The notes under the pieces: generated by a model
The model's input: only the letters and a program-made list of their open reading frames with translations
Told to the model about the DNA's origin: nothing
Databases searched by the model: none
Shown here: positions 1-13,299 of the stretch, one piece after another
Position numbering within the stretch: the stretch's first letter is position 1
Layout: each line of letters begins with the position of its first letter
Made by a program: the position numbers and the translations under genes
NCBI GenBank assembly: GCA_951406725.2
Contig: OX597817.1
Coordinates: forward strand, 86,552,001 to 86,616,000
DNA length: 64,000 bases
Source: Octopus vulgaris
Taxonomy: Eukaryota
Direction: 5' to 3'

Positions 1-348
1 TCCCACTGCGTGGCACCTTGGGCAAGTGTCTTCTACTATAGCCACGGGCCGACCAAAGTCTTGTGAGTGGATTTAGTAGACGGAAACTGAAAGAAGCCCG
101 TCGTATATATGTATATATATATGTGTATGTATGTGTGTGTATGTGTTTGTGTGTCTGTGTTTGTTCCCCCAACATCGCTTGACAACTGATACCGGTGTGT
201 TTACGTCCCCGTAACTTAGCGGTTCGGCAAAAAAGACCAATAGAATAAGTACTAGGCTTACAAAGAGTAAGTCCTGGGGTCGATTTGCTCGACTAAAGGC
301 GGTGCTCCAGCATGGCCACAGTCAAATGACGGAAAGGAGTAAAAGAGA
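1..348 (+). mobile_element. tRNA-derived SINE family A (internal TA/TG microsatellite), 5' end cut off by window
   Basis: Body matches other copies in the window (e.g. 18845-19259): tcccactgcgtggcaccttgggcaagtgtcttc...(TA/TG)n...ggcggtgctccagcatggcc...gtaaaagag tail. Confidence 0.9.
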
Positions 349-992
349 GAATACGCAGACATACAAATCGCACATACACACATATGCATAATACAACCGT
401 AATACACTAAGACATACAAAAGAAGCGTACAGATATATGCACACATATATACATAATACACATAGACATGCAACACAAACATACAGCTACATAAACACAA
501 ACATCCGTATAAGCCAAGCAAATCTACGACTCAAGCAAAAATACAGCAAGAGAAGCGACGGTGATGAGAGCTGATACATAAAATACGAGATTTCCAGGTT
601 TTTTGTATTTTTTTCTCTCAGCATTTGATTTCAGTGAAGAAATGAAATGGCCGAATGATATATAACTACATAACCAACAGATGGTGCGTCTTGACTTACA
701 AGTCCAGCTTGTTGGTTTTATTGTTTTTTCTTCTTTTTTTTTTTGTCTATGACGCGGGGATAATTAACCCATTCACGTGAGGAACATTCAGGCGATTCGC
801 TATTTCTTCATTTAACGTTGTGATTGGAAACGGTTTCCTGCATTTCACGAGGGAAGGTGTAGAGGATCGAATATAAGCCAGATTACATATTAATACAAAT
901 TTCTAAACCTCTGGCGTGATTTTAACACACAAATCCCAGAGACAAACAACTAATCATGTCTCTTTTCAATGGATATATTATACACACACACA

Positions 993-1048
<56 letters not shown>

Positions 1049-1111
1049 AACACACACACACACACACACTGTGAAGGCGCATGACACACTGTGAAGGCGC
1101 ATGACACACTG

Positions 1112-1440
1112 TGAAGGCGCATGGCTCAGTGGTTAGAGCGTCGAGCACACAATCATGAAGTAGTAAGTTCGATTCCTGGACCGGACTTTGTGCTGTGTTC
1201 TTGTGCAAGAGACTTTATTTCATGTTGCTCCAGTGAACTCAGCTGTAGAAATGAGCTGCGACGTCATTGGTTCCAAGCGGTGTCGGCCTTTACCTTTCTC
1301 TTGGATAACATCGATGGCGTGGAGAGGGGAGACTGGTATGAATGGGTGGCTGCAGGTCTTCCATAAACAACCTTGCCTGTTTGTATCGAGGAGGGTACCT
1401 TCCTAGGTGCATTCTCATAGTCTTTCATGACCGAAGGAGC

Positions 1441-1443
<3 letters not shown>
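1112..1443 (+). mobile_element. tRNA-derived SINE (family C-type head and core)
   Basis: A box tggctcagtggttagagcg, B box gttcgattcc; core tgttcttg.gcaagagactttatttcatgttgctccagt..actcagctg shared with 45880-46208 and 10057-10270. Confidence 0.8.
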
Positions 1444-1492
<49 letters not shown>

Positions 1493-1563
1493 ATATATAT
1501 ATATATATACTGTATATATATATATACATGCATATATTATCATCATCATCATCATCATCATCA

Positions 1564-1598
<35 letters not shown>

Positions 1599-2095
1599 GA
1601 GTGAGTGAGAGAGTAATGTACTGAGGTACAAATATACGAAGCTCAATATACCCATCTGATAAGAGTACATGCATCACAACCATATGTACACACACGGTGA
1701 TCTTATATCAAGATAAACGGCGTATGTCCTTCCATGTGGGGCCCAGTTAGAATTTTTTCAGAACCAGTGGCCTATCCTGCTCAAAAGGCCCCTGAATAAG
1801 GTTTGATGAAAGAAACACCAATGTTTCCAGAGGTGAATTATTCAAACCCCATAGAATTCCTCTCAACACATGGCTATGATGTTCCCCAACCTTTCCTGCT
1901 GGTGTCAGAAATGCACATATCGTCAACCACTAAGAGATATGTTCACCTGCTTAAGGTCAAGCAAATATGTGGTATTGGGCAGAATATTTGATGTAACCGA
2001 TATTTTACACCAAGACAAAATATGTACATGACAACACTTCCAATCAGTTAAGATCAGAAGCCACAAGAGTCACTGTCTGGCCCTGCTTCATCATC
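1599..2095 (-). mobile_element. Probable 3' UTR fragment of a TAA-targeting non-LTR element
   Basis: Non-coding segment bounded by (TTA/TCA)n tracts, like the neighbouring RLE-LINE 3' fragments; no coding motif recognised. Confidence 0.4.
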
Positions 2096-2111
2096 AACAT
2101 CCTCATAACCA

Positions 2112-2154
<43 letters not shown>

Positions 2155-2155
<1 letters not shown>

Positions 2156-2760
2156 CGTAGTTTTATTTTTATAGCGTGCTTTCACTTCACTACCGAGCGC
2201 AGTTCTCTGTGCCTTGGGTATGTCCTGTGATTTGTTGTGATGCTCTGATGGTTATTGTATGGAAAGTGTTCTGCGTAGGATGTGTGCAGTGCCTGGTAGT
2301 GCAATTTTCTGTATGTTATATGTGTTTGTAAGTCCTGGTGTTTTTGTTATGTATTTGTCTGAATATTTTTTTATCATGCCTAATGCACCTATTATGATAG
2401 GAATTGTTTCTGTTTTTAGATTCCACATTTTGATTACCTCTATTTCCAGGTCTTTGTAGTTTGAAAGTTTCTCCATTTCTTTTAGAGACACGTTGTCATC
2501 TGCCGGTATTGATACATCAATTAGAAAGCATTTTTTTTCTTCATGATCTCTGACAACTATATCTGGTCTGTTGACCTTAATTTCTCTATCTGTGTGTATC
2601 GGCATATCCCAGAGTATGGTTGCTTTCTCGTTTTCTGTGACCTTTTCTGGTGTGTGCCTATACCATCTTTTTTCTGTTGTTATTCCATAATGTTGGCATA
2701 GCTTCCAGTGTATGTAGGTTCAAACTCTGTCATGTCTGTGAATATATTCCTTCTTAGGAA
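2155..2760 (-). mobile_element. 5'-truncated R4/Dong-like non-LTR retrotransposon: RLE endonuclease plus 3' UTR (subfamily a)
   Basis: ORF 2252-2605 has NRPDIVV...LIDVSIP...KLSNYKDL...PIIIGALG, a PD-(D/E)xK restriction-like endonuclease; (TTA)n on both sides. Confidence 0.9.
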
Positions 2761-2771
2761 TATATTCTATA

Positions 2772-2831
<60 letters not shown>

Positions 2832-2879
2832 CATTATTATCATCATCATCATCATTATTATTATTATTGTATTAAATCT

Positions 2880-3308
2880 CCCAGCTTATATTGCTGAATA
2901 TGATGAAAAATGTCAGTTGTCCACAGCCAGCAGACAAAGGTGACACTTTTTTTGCTGGTCATGCTTCAAGAACCCTGCCGTAGAATTCTTGTTGTTCCAG
3001 GCAATGCTAATTTTTGTAGGTGTTCTACCTTCACACTTGCACCGATCTTTTTCAGCCATATTAGTTGTTGAGTGCTGATACTTCCAAGTGCACCAATTAC
3101 TATTGGTATCATGTCTGCTCTCTTCATTGACTACAACCTTCGTATTTCCTACTTCAAATTATCATAATTGTTTATTTTTTCTTCTTTCACATTGATCCTG
3201 TTGTTACCTGGGGCATGTTATGACGATTATCATACATGTTTTTGTTTGTTGTTTTTTGTTTTGTTTTTTATTCACCACAACAATGTCCGGTTTCCAATGT
3301 CTGGTCAT
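2880..3308 (-). mobile_element. Degenerate R4/Dong-like 3' fragment (subfamily b)
   Basis: Minus strand PIVIGALGSISTQ...VKVEHLQKLALPGTTRILR; 3' UTR matches 16880-16970; TTA flanks. Confidence 0.8.
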
Positions 3309-3329
3309 TGTTATTATTATTATATATAC

Positions 3330-3500
3330 ACTCAGCAGGTTAGACTGTTGGAAAAGAATTGATTCCTAACATTGGGCTACAACAAATAGCCTTAGATGCT
3401 AAGAATCCTCCTACAGTAAGTAACCTTAGATGCCAAGAACCCTTCTAAGTATCCTAACTGTCCCTAATAGCACTATTTTCTGCAGCTGTACTAAACTGCG
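3330..3500 (-). mobile_element. Very short R4/Dong-like 3' end (subfamily c)
   Basis: SLVQLQKIVLLGTVRILRRVLGI* C-terminal motif directly abutting the (TTA/TCA)n tract. Confidence 0.75.
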
Positions 3501-3584
3501 TATTATTATTATTATTATTATTATTATCATCATCATCATCATTATCATCATCATCATCATCATCATTATTATTATTATTATTAT

Positions 3585-5671
3585 TCTATGTTTGACTTTT
3601 GCTTTATGTCTGTACAAGTTGGCTCCAAGTCTCACCCAGAGACCTCAAGAGACAACAGGTTGGAAGTTCTGTGCCATATATTTGGGGTTTTATTTTTTTT
3701 TTTTTTGGTGAATGTCTAATACATAAAAAAATAAAAAAATAAATAAAAAAAAAAGTTTGTTTTAAACCTTGGGATTACATAGAGAGTATTTTGCGTAGGA
3801 TATGAGCAGTTCCCATGAGCACTATCTTTTGAATTTCTGCCATTTTGGGGTTTCCTGGTATCTGAGTTAGGTAGCAATCAGTCCCTTTCGCTATCATTCC
3901 CAGGGCACCTATGACAACAGGTATTGTTTTAGTCTTCAGCTTCCACATTTTGCTGATTTCTATTTCAAGATCTTTATATTTGCTCAGCTTTTGGTAGGTC
4001 TTGACAGATACGTTTATATCGATTGGGACAGTCATATCAATGAGGAGGCATGTTCTTTGTCTGAAGTCTTTCAATATAATGTCTGGCCTATTTGCATCTA
4101 TCTTCTTGTCAGTTTGAATGGCGAAGTTCCAGAGGAGTGAGATGTGGTCATTTTCAAGCACAGGGGGTGGATTGTGTTCCCACCAGTTTTTTTCATGGGG
4201 CAAATCCAGGTTTTTGCAAATTACCCAGTGAATATATTGTGCAGCTCTATCATGCCTACTGAGGTACTCTGTAGGCGCTAGAAGACTGCATTTGGAGACA
4301 ACATGGTCAATGGTTTCATTTTTGTTGTCGGCATACACGACATGTTGGGCTACTGCCGTTCTTTAATATGTTGGCCCGGTAGTTTCTTGTTGGTAGGCAT
4401 TGATCTTGAGCTGCTATGATAAACCCCTCTGTTTCAGATTTTAAGCCAGAGGCCATTAGCCATTGATGGGTCAGGGCTTTGTCGATATCTGCATTATTCG
4501 CTCTCTTTGGGTATTTGCCATAGAGAGGTTTTTCTTACCATTTATTATTCAGAATATCTAAGGCCGCAGTTTTGGCACGGGTTTTCATGCGCCTAGCTTT
4601 TTCTGTGCTTGTTTCTTGTATATCTATCTCTAATTCCGAAATTGGTTGTATTCGGAATTCACTTAGATATTCCTTTGCCTGTTTTGTGACTGAGTATGAT
4701 GCTTTCTTGTTTTCATGTTTTGAGACAAGTTTTAACATCCAGTCCTCAGAGTTTTTCAGGTAGGTGTCTAGGCCAATTGTAGCAATCTTCATTGTTATTG
4801 CCAGTTGCAAAAGACCACGGCCTCCCTCTTTTCTTGGCAGATAGAGTCGTTCTGTATCTGCCTTAGGGTGGTGCATTCTATGCATTGTCAGCAGTTTCCT
4901 TATTTTTCTGTCGAGCTGACATATTTCAGTAATTGACCAGTTAACAATATTGAAACTGTAAGTCACGACTGGTATGGCTAATGCATTGATCGCTTCGATC
5001 CTGTTTCTTGCATTCAGCTCTGTCTTGAGTATTGCTCTCACTCTTCGATAGCATTCTCTCCTTATCCTTTCCTTCATCTCTGAATGCCTTATTCCGTTCC
5101 CTTCAATTACCCCTAGGTACTTGTAGCTCTCCGCTGGGTCTAGTTCTTTTATGACATTCTGTTGGTCAAGGTTAACGTTAGGTGTTTCTGTCATTTTTCC
5201 TTTGATAAAGGTAGCCTTTGCACATTTATTGAGGCCGAATTGCATTCTGATGTCGTCACTGAATTGTTTGACTATCGCTAGTAAGCCCTTGAGTTGTTGA
5301 TCATTTTTTGCAAAAAGCTTTAAATCATCCATGTAAACGAGATGATTTATATTTTTATCAAACATTTTATACCCGTACTGCGCGTCATTGAGCAGCTTTG
5401 AGAGAGGTATTAAGGATAAACAAAAGAGGAGTGGTGACAGTGAGTCACCCTGGAAAATGCCACACGAAATTTTTACATCACCAGCATTTAGGGATTCATT
5501 GTCACTGTTCAGAGTTAGTGTGGTTCTCCATGATCTCATACTTACAGTCAAGAAGTTTCGCAGAGTAGGTGCTATCTTATACATTTCCAGGCATTTCCTA
5601 ATCCAGCTATGTGGTAGGCTATCAAAAGCCTTTTTATAGTCTATCCAGGCTATTGATAAGTTTTTGTGTCG

Positions 5672-5673
<2 letters not shown>
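3585..5673 (-). mobile_element. 5'-truncated R4/Dong-like LINE (subfamily d): RT, CCHC-type knuckle, RLE endonuclease and 3' UTR; disrupted
   Basis: IDYKKAFDS at ~5620-5645, GIFQGDSLSPLLF, YMDDLKL, YKYLGV in 4535-5584; premature stop at 4535; frameshift near 4340 (CRV..ETIDHVVSKC); ANRPDIILKD..LLIDMTVP..KLSKY in 3775-4338; TTA arrays at both ends. Confidence 0.95.
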
Positions 5674-5746
<73 letters not shown>

Positions 5747-5749
5747 TTT

Positions 5750-6005
5750 GGTTTGGCTCGGGTTTGGTCTTATTCCTGGTAGGATAGTGAGTTACTACTT
5801 GTAACCTTAAGTATCCACAAGTTTTCAACAGTCTTTCAAGCGCTTTGAACCCTCCTGATAATCTTTGCTGCCCTTAAGAAGCAAACTTTGTGTTGGAGCT
5901 CAACCGGGCATTCTATTTCAATCTCCTTCAACCATTTGTCTATAACTTGGCTTACTGTTCCCAACGCACCGATTATCATAGGCACAACCTTCACTGTTCG
6001 CTATT
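5750..6005 (-). mobile_element. Short R4/Dong-like 3' end (subfamily e)
   Basis: Minus strand TVKVVPMIIGALGTVSQVIDKWLKEIEIECPVELQHKVCFLRAAKIIRRV; between TTA tracts. Confidence 0.75.
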
Positions 6006-6035
6006 ACTCCAAATTCTTCCTGTTGTTGTTGTTGA

Positions 6036-6315
<280 letters not shown>

Positions 6316-6357
6316 ATATGCATCATATCTATATCTGTTTGTTCTACAATACGTAAT

Positions 6358-6455
6358 AATCTTTCTTACTATAGAGACAAAGGCCAGAAATTTTAGGGCA
6401 AAGGGGTAGGCTAGTCGATTACATCAACCCCAGTATTTAGCTGGTACTATTTGTA
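6358..6455 (-). mobile_element. SINE family B 3' fragment
   Basis: aatctttcttactata...aaggccagaaatttt...agtcgattacatcaaccccagt...ctggtact matches 11465-11560. Confidence 0.65.
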
Positions 6456-7369
6456 TCCAATAGTTGGGTATCTCAACTGTCGCCAGGTTTTCTTTCAGGA
6501 TAGCGTTCGCCTGACGATGATTCGCGTCAACTGACAGCAGCCACTGCCTCAGTCTGATTCCAGTAAGACCTCTACATTCAATCTTCTATAGCACTTCAAC
6601 CAGCTGACAATTATATAAAAGCGAAAATAATAAAACTGATTTTGGTTTCAACGAAAAGAAGAAAAAACAGATAATGTGAAAATGGAAAGAGATGGCATTA
6701 AACAATAATCGTTAATCTATAATTGAACGCAACCGTTGATGAACGATTAAAGCACATTTAAATAAATGTGAATAAATGTGAATTTAAAAGAAATTTCGTT
6801 AAAAGAATCCCAAAAAACAAAACAGTTTCTAACATATAAGAACGGCAAGCATTAAACTTAGATTCCTTCAGATAAAGATATTTGATGGTAAAATGAATTG
6901 AAAATAGATACATACGCGCACATGCACATACACATGCGCACACACATATACGTATATCCACATACACGCTCATTTCTATATAGATATATACACGTAAATG
7001 TGTGTGTGCGTTTATGTATGAATATATATATGTATATTATGCGCAAGCACAACCACCTATCCACGCACACACACATTCATGCACACACACACACACACAC
7101 ACACATATGTATGTAGAGAAAATTATGAGTGAGTTCACATTGCTTTGGTACATGTAAGCATAAGAAAATGTATTCGATGCGAGGCGTAGAGTGCTACAAA
7201 ATGTCCATTAAATTTTGTTTATATCTGTGTGTGCTTTTGCGGTAGGGTGTGTCTGTGTGTGCGCGCGCGTACGCGTCTGTGTGAGTCTGTGTGTGCGTAT
7301 GTCCTTTTGAAGCAAAGCACACATATATAACCACATATCCTTGCATTTATATATACATATATAAGATGG

Positions 7370-7970
7370 GAAAAACAACTTAAAACTTACAGAAATCCAC
7401 CGTCTAAACCCAGCTCTTGCGAATTTTGAAAATGATCTTTTGAACATGATTAAATGGCTGAAGTTTTCCAGATACACAAATCCTTTCCAGAAACTCCTCT
7501 CTGAGAAATCTCTACAATGAAATTAACTCCAGATTTGCTCATCTTATCGGATAAGACCGGGAATATTTATTCTGTACCTCCAAGTCTTTATAATGACTTG
7601 ATATTGAAAGAGCTTAATTCTGGATATAAACACGAAAGCAAAAATGCTTCGGAAGAGATTAATGATACTTATCTAGATATCATCTCTAGTTTGGGCCTAC
7701 TTGATAGAACCCAACCTTATGCTCCAAAAACTCCCCATTGTCATTTGGAGGATCATAAGTCTGATGTTTTATCAAATCCTTCGATTAGGTTAATCTTCCG
7801 GACCAAAACTGATTTGGGCAGAATTAGTAAATATATTAAAGATTAGATTATTCCCATCCTGAAAGATAAGGTTCAGCTTCCCCTATGGAACTTTACTGGG
7901 AACGTTATCTTATGGTTCGACTCCCTTACTTATAAGCCTAATTTAGACTTTATCCAATTTGATATCTCAG
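7370..7970 (+). mobile_element. Penelope-like element RT N-terminal fragment (degenerate)
   Basis: LANFENDLLNMIKWLKF..NPFQ, SDKTGNIY, DHKSDV.SNPSIRLIF.TKTDLGRISK, W..TGNVILWF...FIQFDI; with stops and frameshifts. Confidence 0.8.
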
Positions 7971-8697
7971 GAAATGGAACAATCTTCCACTGGTAGCTTT
8001 GGTTCGTAATGCTTTGAATGTCGCACACTTTCCCACATCAAACTCTTTTTGTCTACTTAAATGGTTTGATAGAAAACTCAACAGCATTGGCATTAAGCTG
8101 GCTTGATGTTGTTGGTGTTGTCTCCTGTTTTCGCTTTTTTTTTCCCCATTTTTCTTCTGTCTGATTTTTGTTTACTAGAATCTCTGCATTGTGTTGTCGG
8201 TCCTTTGTTTCTTGCTGTTTGTTCCTTTGTATAGCTTGAAGCATCAACAATGAGGCATGGCTGATAATCTTGTTATCTATTGCTTTCTCTCTCTCTCTCT
8301 CTCCCTCTACCCCCTCTCTCTCTCTCACTCATCTAACGTTCAGGGCTTAGGAAGACTTTCTGGCAATCTCGTTCCACTTTTTAAATCCTTATTCAGTAAG
8401 GTTTGATTAAGTATTGTTACACCCTATTCTGAATGTACACAGTTGCTGAGGGGCGCTATTACATAATACCGGTGTGACATAATACCAGAGTAACACACTA
8501 GCTGAGTGACATCATGGTCTAGTGAAACAGTTAGTTAACAAGAATACCGGTGAAAATGTCACGATAAAAATTATATTTTTAAAATATTAATAAAAAATGA
8601 GAAGCTAAACGTTTCACTGAAAAACGTTTCTGTGATAGTTTTTAAGATGACATAATGGAATAGTGACATTTAACGAAATTAATATTTAAAAGAGATA

Positions 8698-8865
8698 AGG
8701 CGGCGACCTGGCAGAATCTGAGTTCAAATTCCATCGAGGTCAACTTTGCCTTTCATATTTTCGAGGTCGATAAATTAAGTACCAGTTGCGTACTGGGGTC
8801 GATCTAATCGACTGCTCCCCCACTCCCCAAAAATTTCGGGCTTGTGTCTAGAGTAGAAAAGAATA
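8698..8865 (+). mobile_element. SINE family B (Deu/Nin-like core), internally deleted
   Basis: aggcggcgacctggcagaatc...gagttcaaattcc...gcctttcat.tttcgaggtcgataaattaagtaccag. Confidence 0.8.
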
Positions 8866-8877
8866 TTTAAAAGAGAT

Positions 8878-9090
8878 AAGGCGGCGACCTAGCAGAATCG
8901 TTAACGCACCGGACAAAATGCTTAGCGGCATTGCTCCGTCGCTATGTTCTGAGTTCAAATTTAACCGAGGTCGACTTTGCTTTTCATCCTTTCGGAGTCG
9001 ATAAAGTAAGTAGCAGCTGATCACTGGGGTCGATCTAATCGAACAATCCCTCTCCCGAAATTGCTGGCCTTTTGCCAAAATTTGAGAGCA
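8878..9090 (+). mobile_element. SINE family B (Deu/Nin-like core)
   Basis: Full head to tail; core ttttcatcctttcggagtcgataaagtaagtagcag resembles the Deu/Nin SINE central domain. Confidence 0.85.
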
Positions 9091-10056
9091 ATATTTAAAA
9101 TAAATGAGATGTTTAAGGAATATTTGCTTCAAAGTTAGTGGTAGCTATCCGATTGCGAAAGCAAGTTGGGCACCAGTAATGATACATCAATGAACTGAGT
9201 TCAGAAAGTAAAAGACTTGATACTTTATTAGTGTTTGACAACACTTTGGTAATAGATTCTAACACACCGAACCAAATAATTACATGAAAACATTCAGAAG
9301 CTGACTCAGAACATACGTGGTTTTCGTTAGGGAGGGTGGGAGTGTTCGTATGATATTTTTCAGTAAATCGAGAATAGACAGATATTCATTTAGAAGATAG
9401 ATGGTGTGATTTGAGAAAGATTACCCGTTCATTGGCTTATCTGTAGTATGTAATATGGTGTAGTAGTAAGGTACAGTGTAATGTTGTTTTTTTTCAATTA
9501 AGGGTGGGTCAAGTATCAGCGTTCATTGAATAGGTATATTTCCTGGCATAAAACTCCAGTTAACTGCAATAGTTCCATATTTAACTTTTCGGAAGTAATT
9601 TCTTGTCTTTGCAGGTTTTCTGTGTTTAGTCGTTCTGTTTGATACATTGTGACAGTATGGACATTATCATCGACAGTATGGACACATAGTGACAGTATGG
9701 ACATTATATTGTTTGCTGTTTGTCATTGTGGTTTAGCATGCGTGACATAGGAGAAATATTTACTGTATGTAATGCATATGTAATTGTCTACAATACTGCA
9801 AATTTGAAAGAAAATAAGGTACTTTTAACAAGCGGATCTCTTTTTATTTATACATTGCCGAAGACTGTGTCCCTGTTTCTTGACAAGTATATTCTGAAAG
9901 TTCCCACAAAGTTTTTCTCTAATTGCAGTTTGTATTTTGTTTTGTTTTCTCCCTAGAAGCATATGAACACGTTGTGAATGTATACGCTTGAAGACATTTT
10001 TAGAAAGCAAGAAACAGAGAGTAATAAAGTAAGTACTGTCTCGTGTCCTAGGACTC

Positions 10057-10270
10057 ATAAGGGATAACAGGTTTCCACGGAGTTTAAGTTACCGAAATGA
10101 CAACTTACTCCCTGAACGGGACGCCGGTCTGTCACAGGATTACTCATTAACAGCCGAGTGGAGTGCAGCAACGTGAAATAAAATGCTTTGCTTAAGAACA
10201 CAGCGCACTGCCTCATCTGGAAATCGAAACCACGATCTTGAGAGAAAAATCCTAACTACTAGGCCACTCA
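10057..10270 (-). mobile_element. tRNA-derived SINE (family C-type core)
   Basis: cagccgagtggagtgcagcaacgtgaaataaaatgctttgcttaagaacac...ggaaatcgaaac (B box on minus strand). Confidence 0.7.
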
Positions 10271-10837
10271 CCTTAACAAAAAGCAGAGTAGAAGAACTGA
10301 AATTAAATTCCAAATAATTAAAAAATATATGAAATATTAATAGATATAAATCCATTTCCAAGCAATTAAAAGAATATAAAATAAATACAAATATAACTAT
10401 TGTTGTGTATATTTGCGGGGTAGAGTGGCGATTTCCTGAATGTTGGCAAGCTCCAAGCCAAATTCTACCATATCTGTTATAGAGCTTCGTTTCTGTTACA
10501 TCAAATATGCTCCATTTCATAACACTGTAATCTACGGTCTGCCAATAACAGGTGTCAAAATCTAGAAGGTGGCAACGTGCGATAATTAGTGAGTTGTTAA
10601 TGAGAACTAATTGGTCGGTCGAATAACGGATTAATTTGGTGATTAGTTTGGTAAGTGGAAATAAAGTGTTTCGTTTTCAGCTTTTATTCATTAATCAAAC
10701 ACTTTGGTTTAGTGATTGATTGAAGGTCTTGATAGAATTCACCAATATGATCAACTAGTCAACTGATGAGGTTTATTGAAAAGCGAAACGACAGACGACT
10801 AACGTCTTCGATAATAATAATGATAATAATCCTTTCT

Positions 10838-11035
10838 ACTCTTTTACTTGTTCTTGTCATTTGACTGTGGCCATGCTGGAGCACCGCCTTGAGTCGAGCA
10901 AATCTATCCCAGGACCTATTCTTTGCAAGCCCAGCACCTACTCCATCGGTCTCCTTTGCCGAACCGCTAAGTTACGGGGACGTAAACACACCAGCCTCGG
11001 TTGTCAAGCGATGTTGGGGAGACAAACACAGACAC

Positions 11036-11085
<50 letters not shown>

Positions 11086-11238
11086 GTCGGGTTTCTTTCA
11101 GTTTCCGTCTATCAAATCCACTCACAAGGCTTTGGTCGGCCCGAGGCTATAGTAGAAGACACTTGCCCAAGGTGCCACGCAGTGGGACTGAACCCGGAAA
11201 CATGTGGTTCGTAAGCAAGTTACTTACCACACAGCCAC
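10838..11238 (-). mobile_element. SINE family A, full length
   Basis: Reverse complement of the 18845-19259 type with internal (CA)n(TA)n. Confidence 0.9.
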
Positions 11239-11244
11239 TCCAAC

Positions 11245-11445
11245 AGACACAAGGCCTGAAATTTTGTGGGAGTGGGCAAGACGATTACATCGACTCCACT
11301 GTGTAACTGGTACTTATTTCATCGACCCCGAAAGGATGAAATGTAAAGTGGGTCTTGGCGTCATTTAAACTTTGAACGTACAGAAGAAATGCCGCGAAGC
11401 ATTTTGTCCGGCATTCTAACGATTCTGCCTGTTCGCTGCCTTTGC
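11245..11445 (-). mobile_element. SINE family B
   Basis: ctggtacttatttcatcgaccccgaaaggatgaaa...ctaacgattctgcc. Confidence 0.8.
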
Positions 11446-11464
11446 CTTGATAATAATTATAATA

Positions 11465-11662
11465 ATCCTTTCTACTTTAACCACAAGGCCTGAAATATGG
11501 CGGGAGGGGTTAAGGTGATTACATCGACCCCAGTACTCCACTGACACTTAATTTATCGACCCCGAAAGGGTGAAAGGCAAATTCGATCTCGGCGGAACTT
11601 GGACTCAGAGCGTAAGACGGACGAAATGCCGCTAAGCATTTTGCCCAGCATGCTAACGATCC
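11465..11662 (-). mobile_element. SINE family B
   Basis: ttaatttatcgaccccgaaagggtgaaaggcaaa...gacgaaatgccgctaagcattttgccc. Confidence 0.8.
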
Positions 11663-11715
11663 TAGTAATAATAATGATAATAATAATAATAATAATAATG
11701 ATAATAATAATGATG

Positions 11716-11777
<62 letters not shown>

Positions 11778-12249
11778 CAGGACGAAGATCGCGATGCGAT
11801 TGCAATAGATATTTTATTGGTTGAACGATATTTCGACAGCAAGCCTCTCTTTATCGAGTTCAAAATAAGTGATAAAAATTCAAAATTATATAAATTTAAA
11901 GTATGAACGAGAGCAACCAGCATCCATACGTTGATGGAATGACATCATCAGCCTTTATGTTTCAATTTTATAGCAGGCGAAAAGAAAAAGACAGGAAAAA
12001 GAGGAAAGAAAGGGAAAAAGAAGAATATTAATCTAACAATTTTGTATAAATTTGATGATATTCTCCCGACATTTTATTCAGACATAAAGTGTGTGTTTGG
12101 GGGGGATTACATATAATGAAATGATAAAAATTTCAAAAAAATAGAAAGAATAAGAACTAGCTCAAGGGCTATTTCAGCTTGTACGCCGTCAGAAGCTGAA
12201 GGAATATTGTTTTGACAAAAACTGGTAACGAGAAGTCTGAAAACCATAT

Positions 12250-13299
12250 GTTTACTGAAAATAAAAATGATGATGATCGAATCTGGCATAATTGGATTGA
12301 AAAGAATCCCAACTGGTATGCAGATTAAGTTCGGGATGGACGTTCAGCAGCACTACTGGAATTTCTTGAATCTTGTCAGACAGGCATTAGAGAAAGACTT
12401 AAAACAAGTGGAAAGAAGTCCTGGAATAACCTCACAAATTCCCAGCATTATGCTCTCTGACGTCTAAGTAATAACGATTCTATTGTTATTAAAATGGCGG
12501 ATAAGGGAGGTGTTATCGTAATTATGGACAAAAGTGGATATATTTCGGCTTGTGAAAAAGTTTTAAGTGACAAAACTTCATATGAAGAATTGCCTGTCCA
12601 TACAAACCCCAATTACAGAGAGGAACTTGACACAATAATTCTGGGAATGGAGGAAAACGATTTCATTAATAAGGTCGAATCCAGGATTTTACGGTCAGAA
12701 TGAAGAACACCTGTATTTTATGGTCTCCCTAAAATACACAAAAAGTTCGAAAGATTTCCTCCAATGCGCCCAATTTGCAGCGAATATGAATGTTATACAG
12801 CCAAGATTTCGGAATGTCTGGATGGCTTTCTACTCTCTGTCGCAAAAAGATCAAGTTCCTATATTTGGGATACCTTTGATTTTGAGTCTAAAATCAACAA
12901 CTTTTTTAAGCACCGAGGCCGTTTCGAGAATTGTATTTTGGTAACCATGGATGTTTCTTCCTTACATCCAAACACTAACTACGATGAAGGGGTAGAAGCA
13001 TGCATGGATGCCTTCAAAAAGCGGCCAAGCAAAAGCATTCCATCTAATTTTCTCCGTAGGTTATTGAGGTTTGTATTATAAAGTAACACAATGAAGTTTG
13101 GACAAAGATTTTACCACCAGACTAGGGGTTTCGCCATGGATACCCCCATGGCAGTTAATTTTGCTAATGTCTTCATGACGAAATTCGAGACACGTTAAGA
13201 AAGACATTCAAATTCCTCCATGGTCATGAACCAATATTCTAGTTACGGTTCACTGATGACGTCTTTTTAGTCTGGGAAGGATCCCAGGATGGTTTAATG
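12250..13299 (+). mobile_element. Penelope-like element reverse transcriptase, degenerate (Neptune/Poseidon-like)
   Basis: IVIKMADKGG, FYGLPKIHK, PMRPICS, SYIWDTFDF, LVTMDVSSLHPN, FYHQTRGFAMDTPMAVNFANVFM, RFTDDVFLVW; several stops. Confidence 0.9.

Noticed and set aside
6499-6562. Possible exon with good splice-like ends and a CTGACGA box
   Set aside because: Stops in all three frames, and no downstream GAAA or stems for a hammerhead
8053-8328. 91-aa K/Q/E-rich ORF
   Set aside because: Begins in a (GA)n tract, low complexity, no motif
9200-10050. Possible decayed PLE endonuclease (..LCQEIY..FNE) on the minus strand
   Set aside because: Motif match too weak to call by eye
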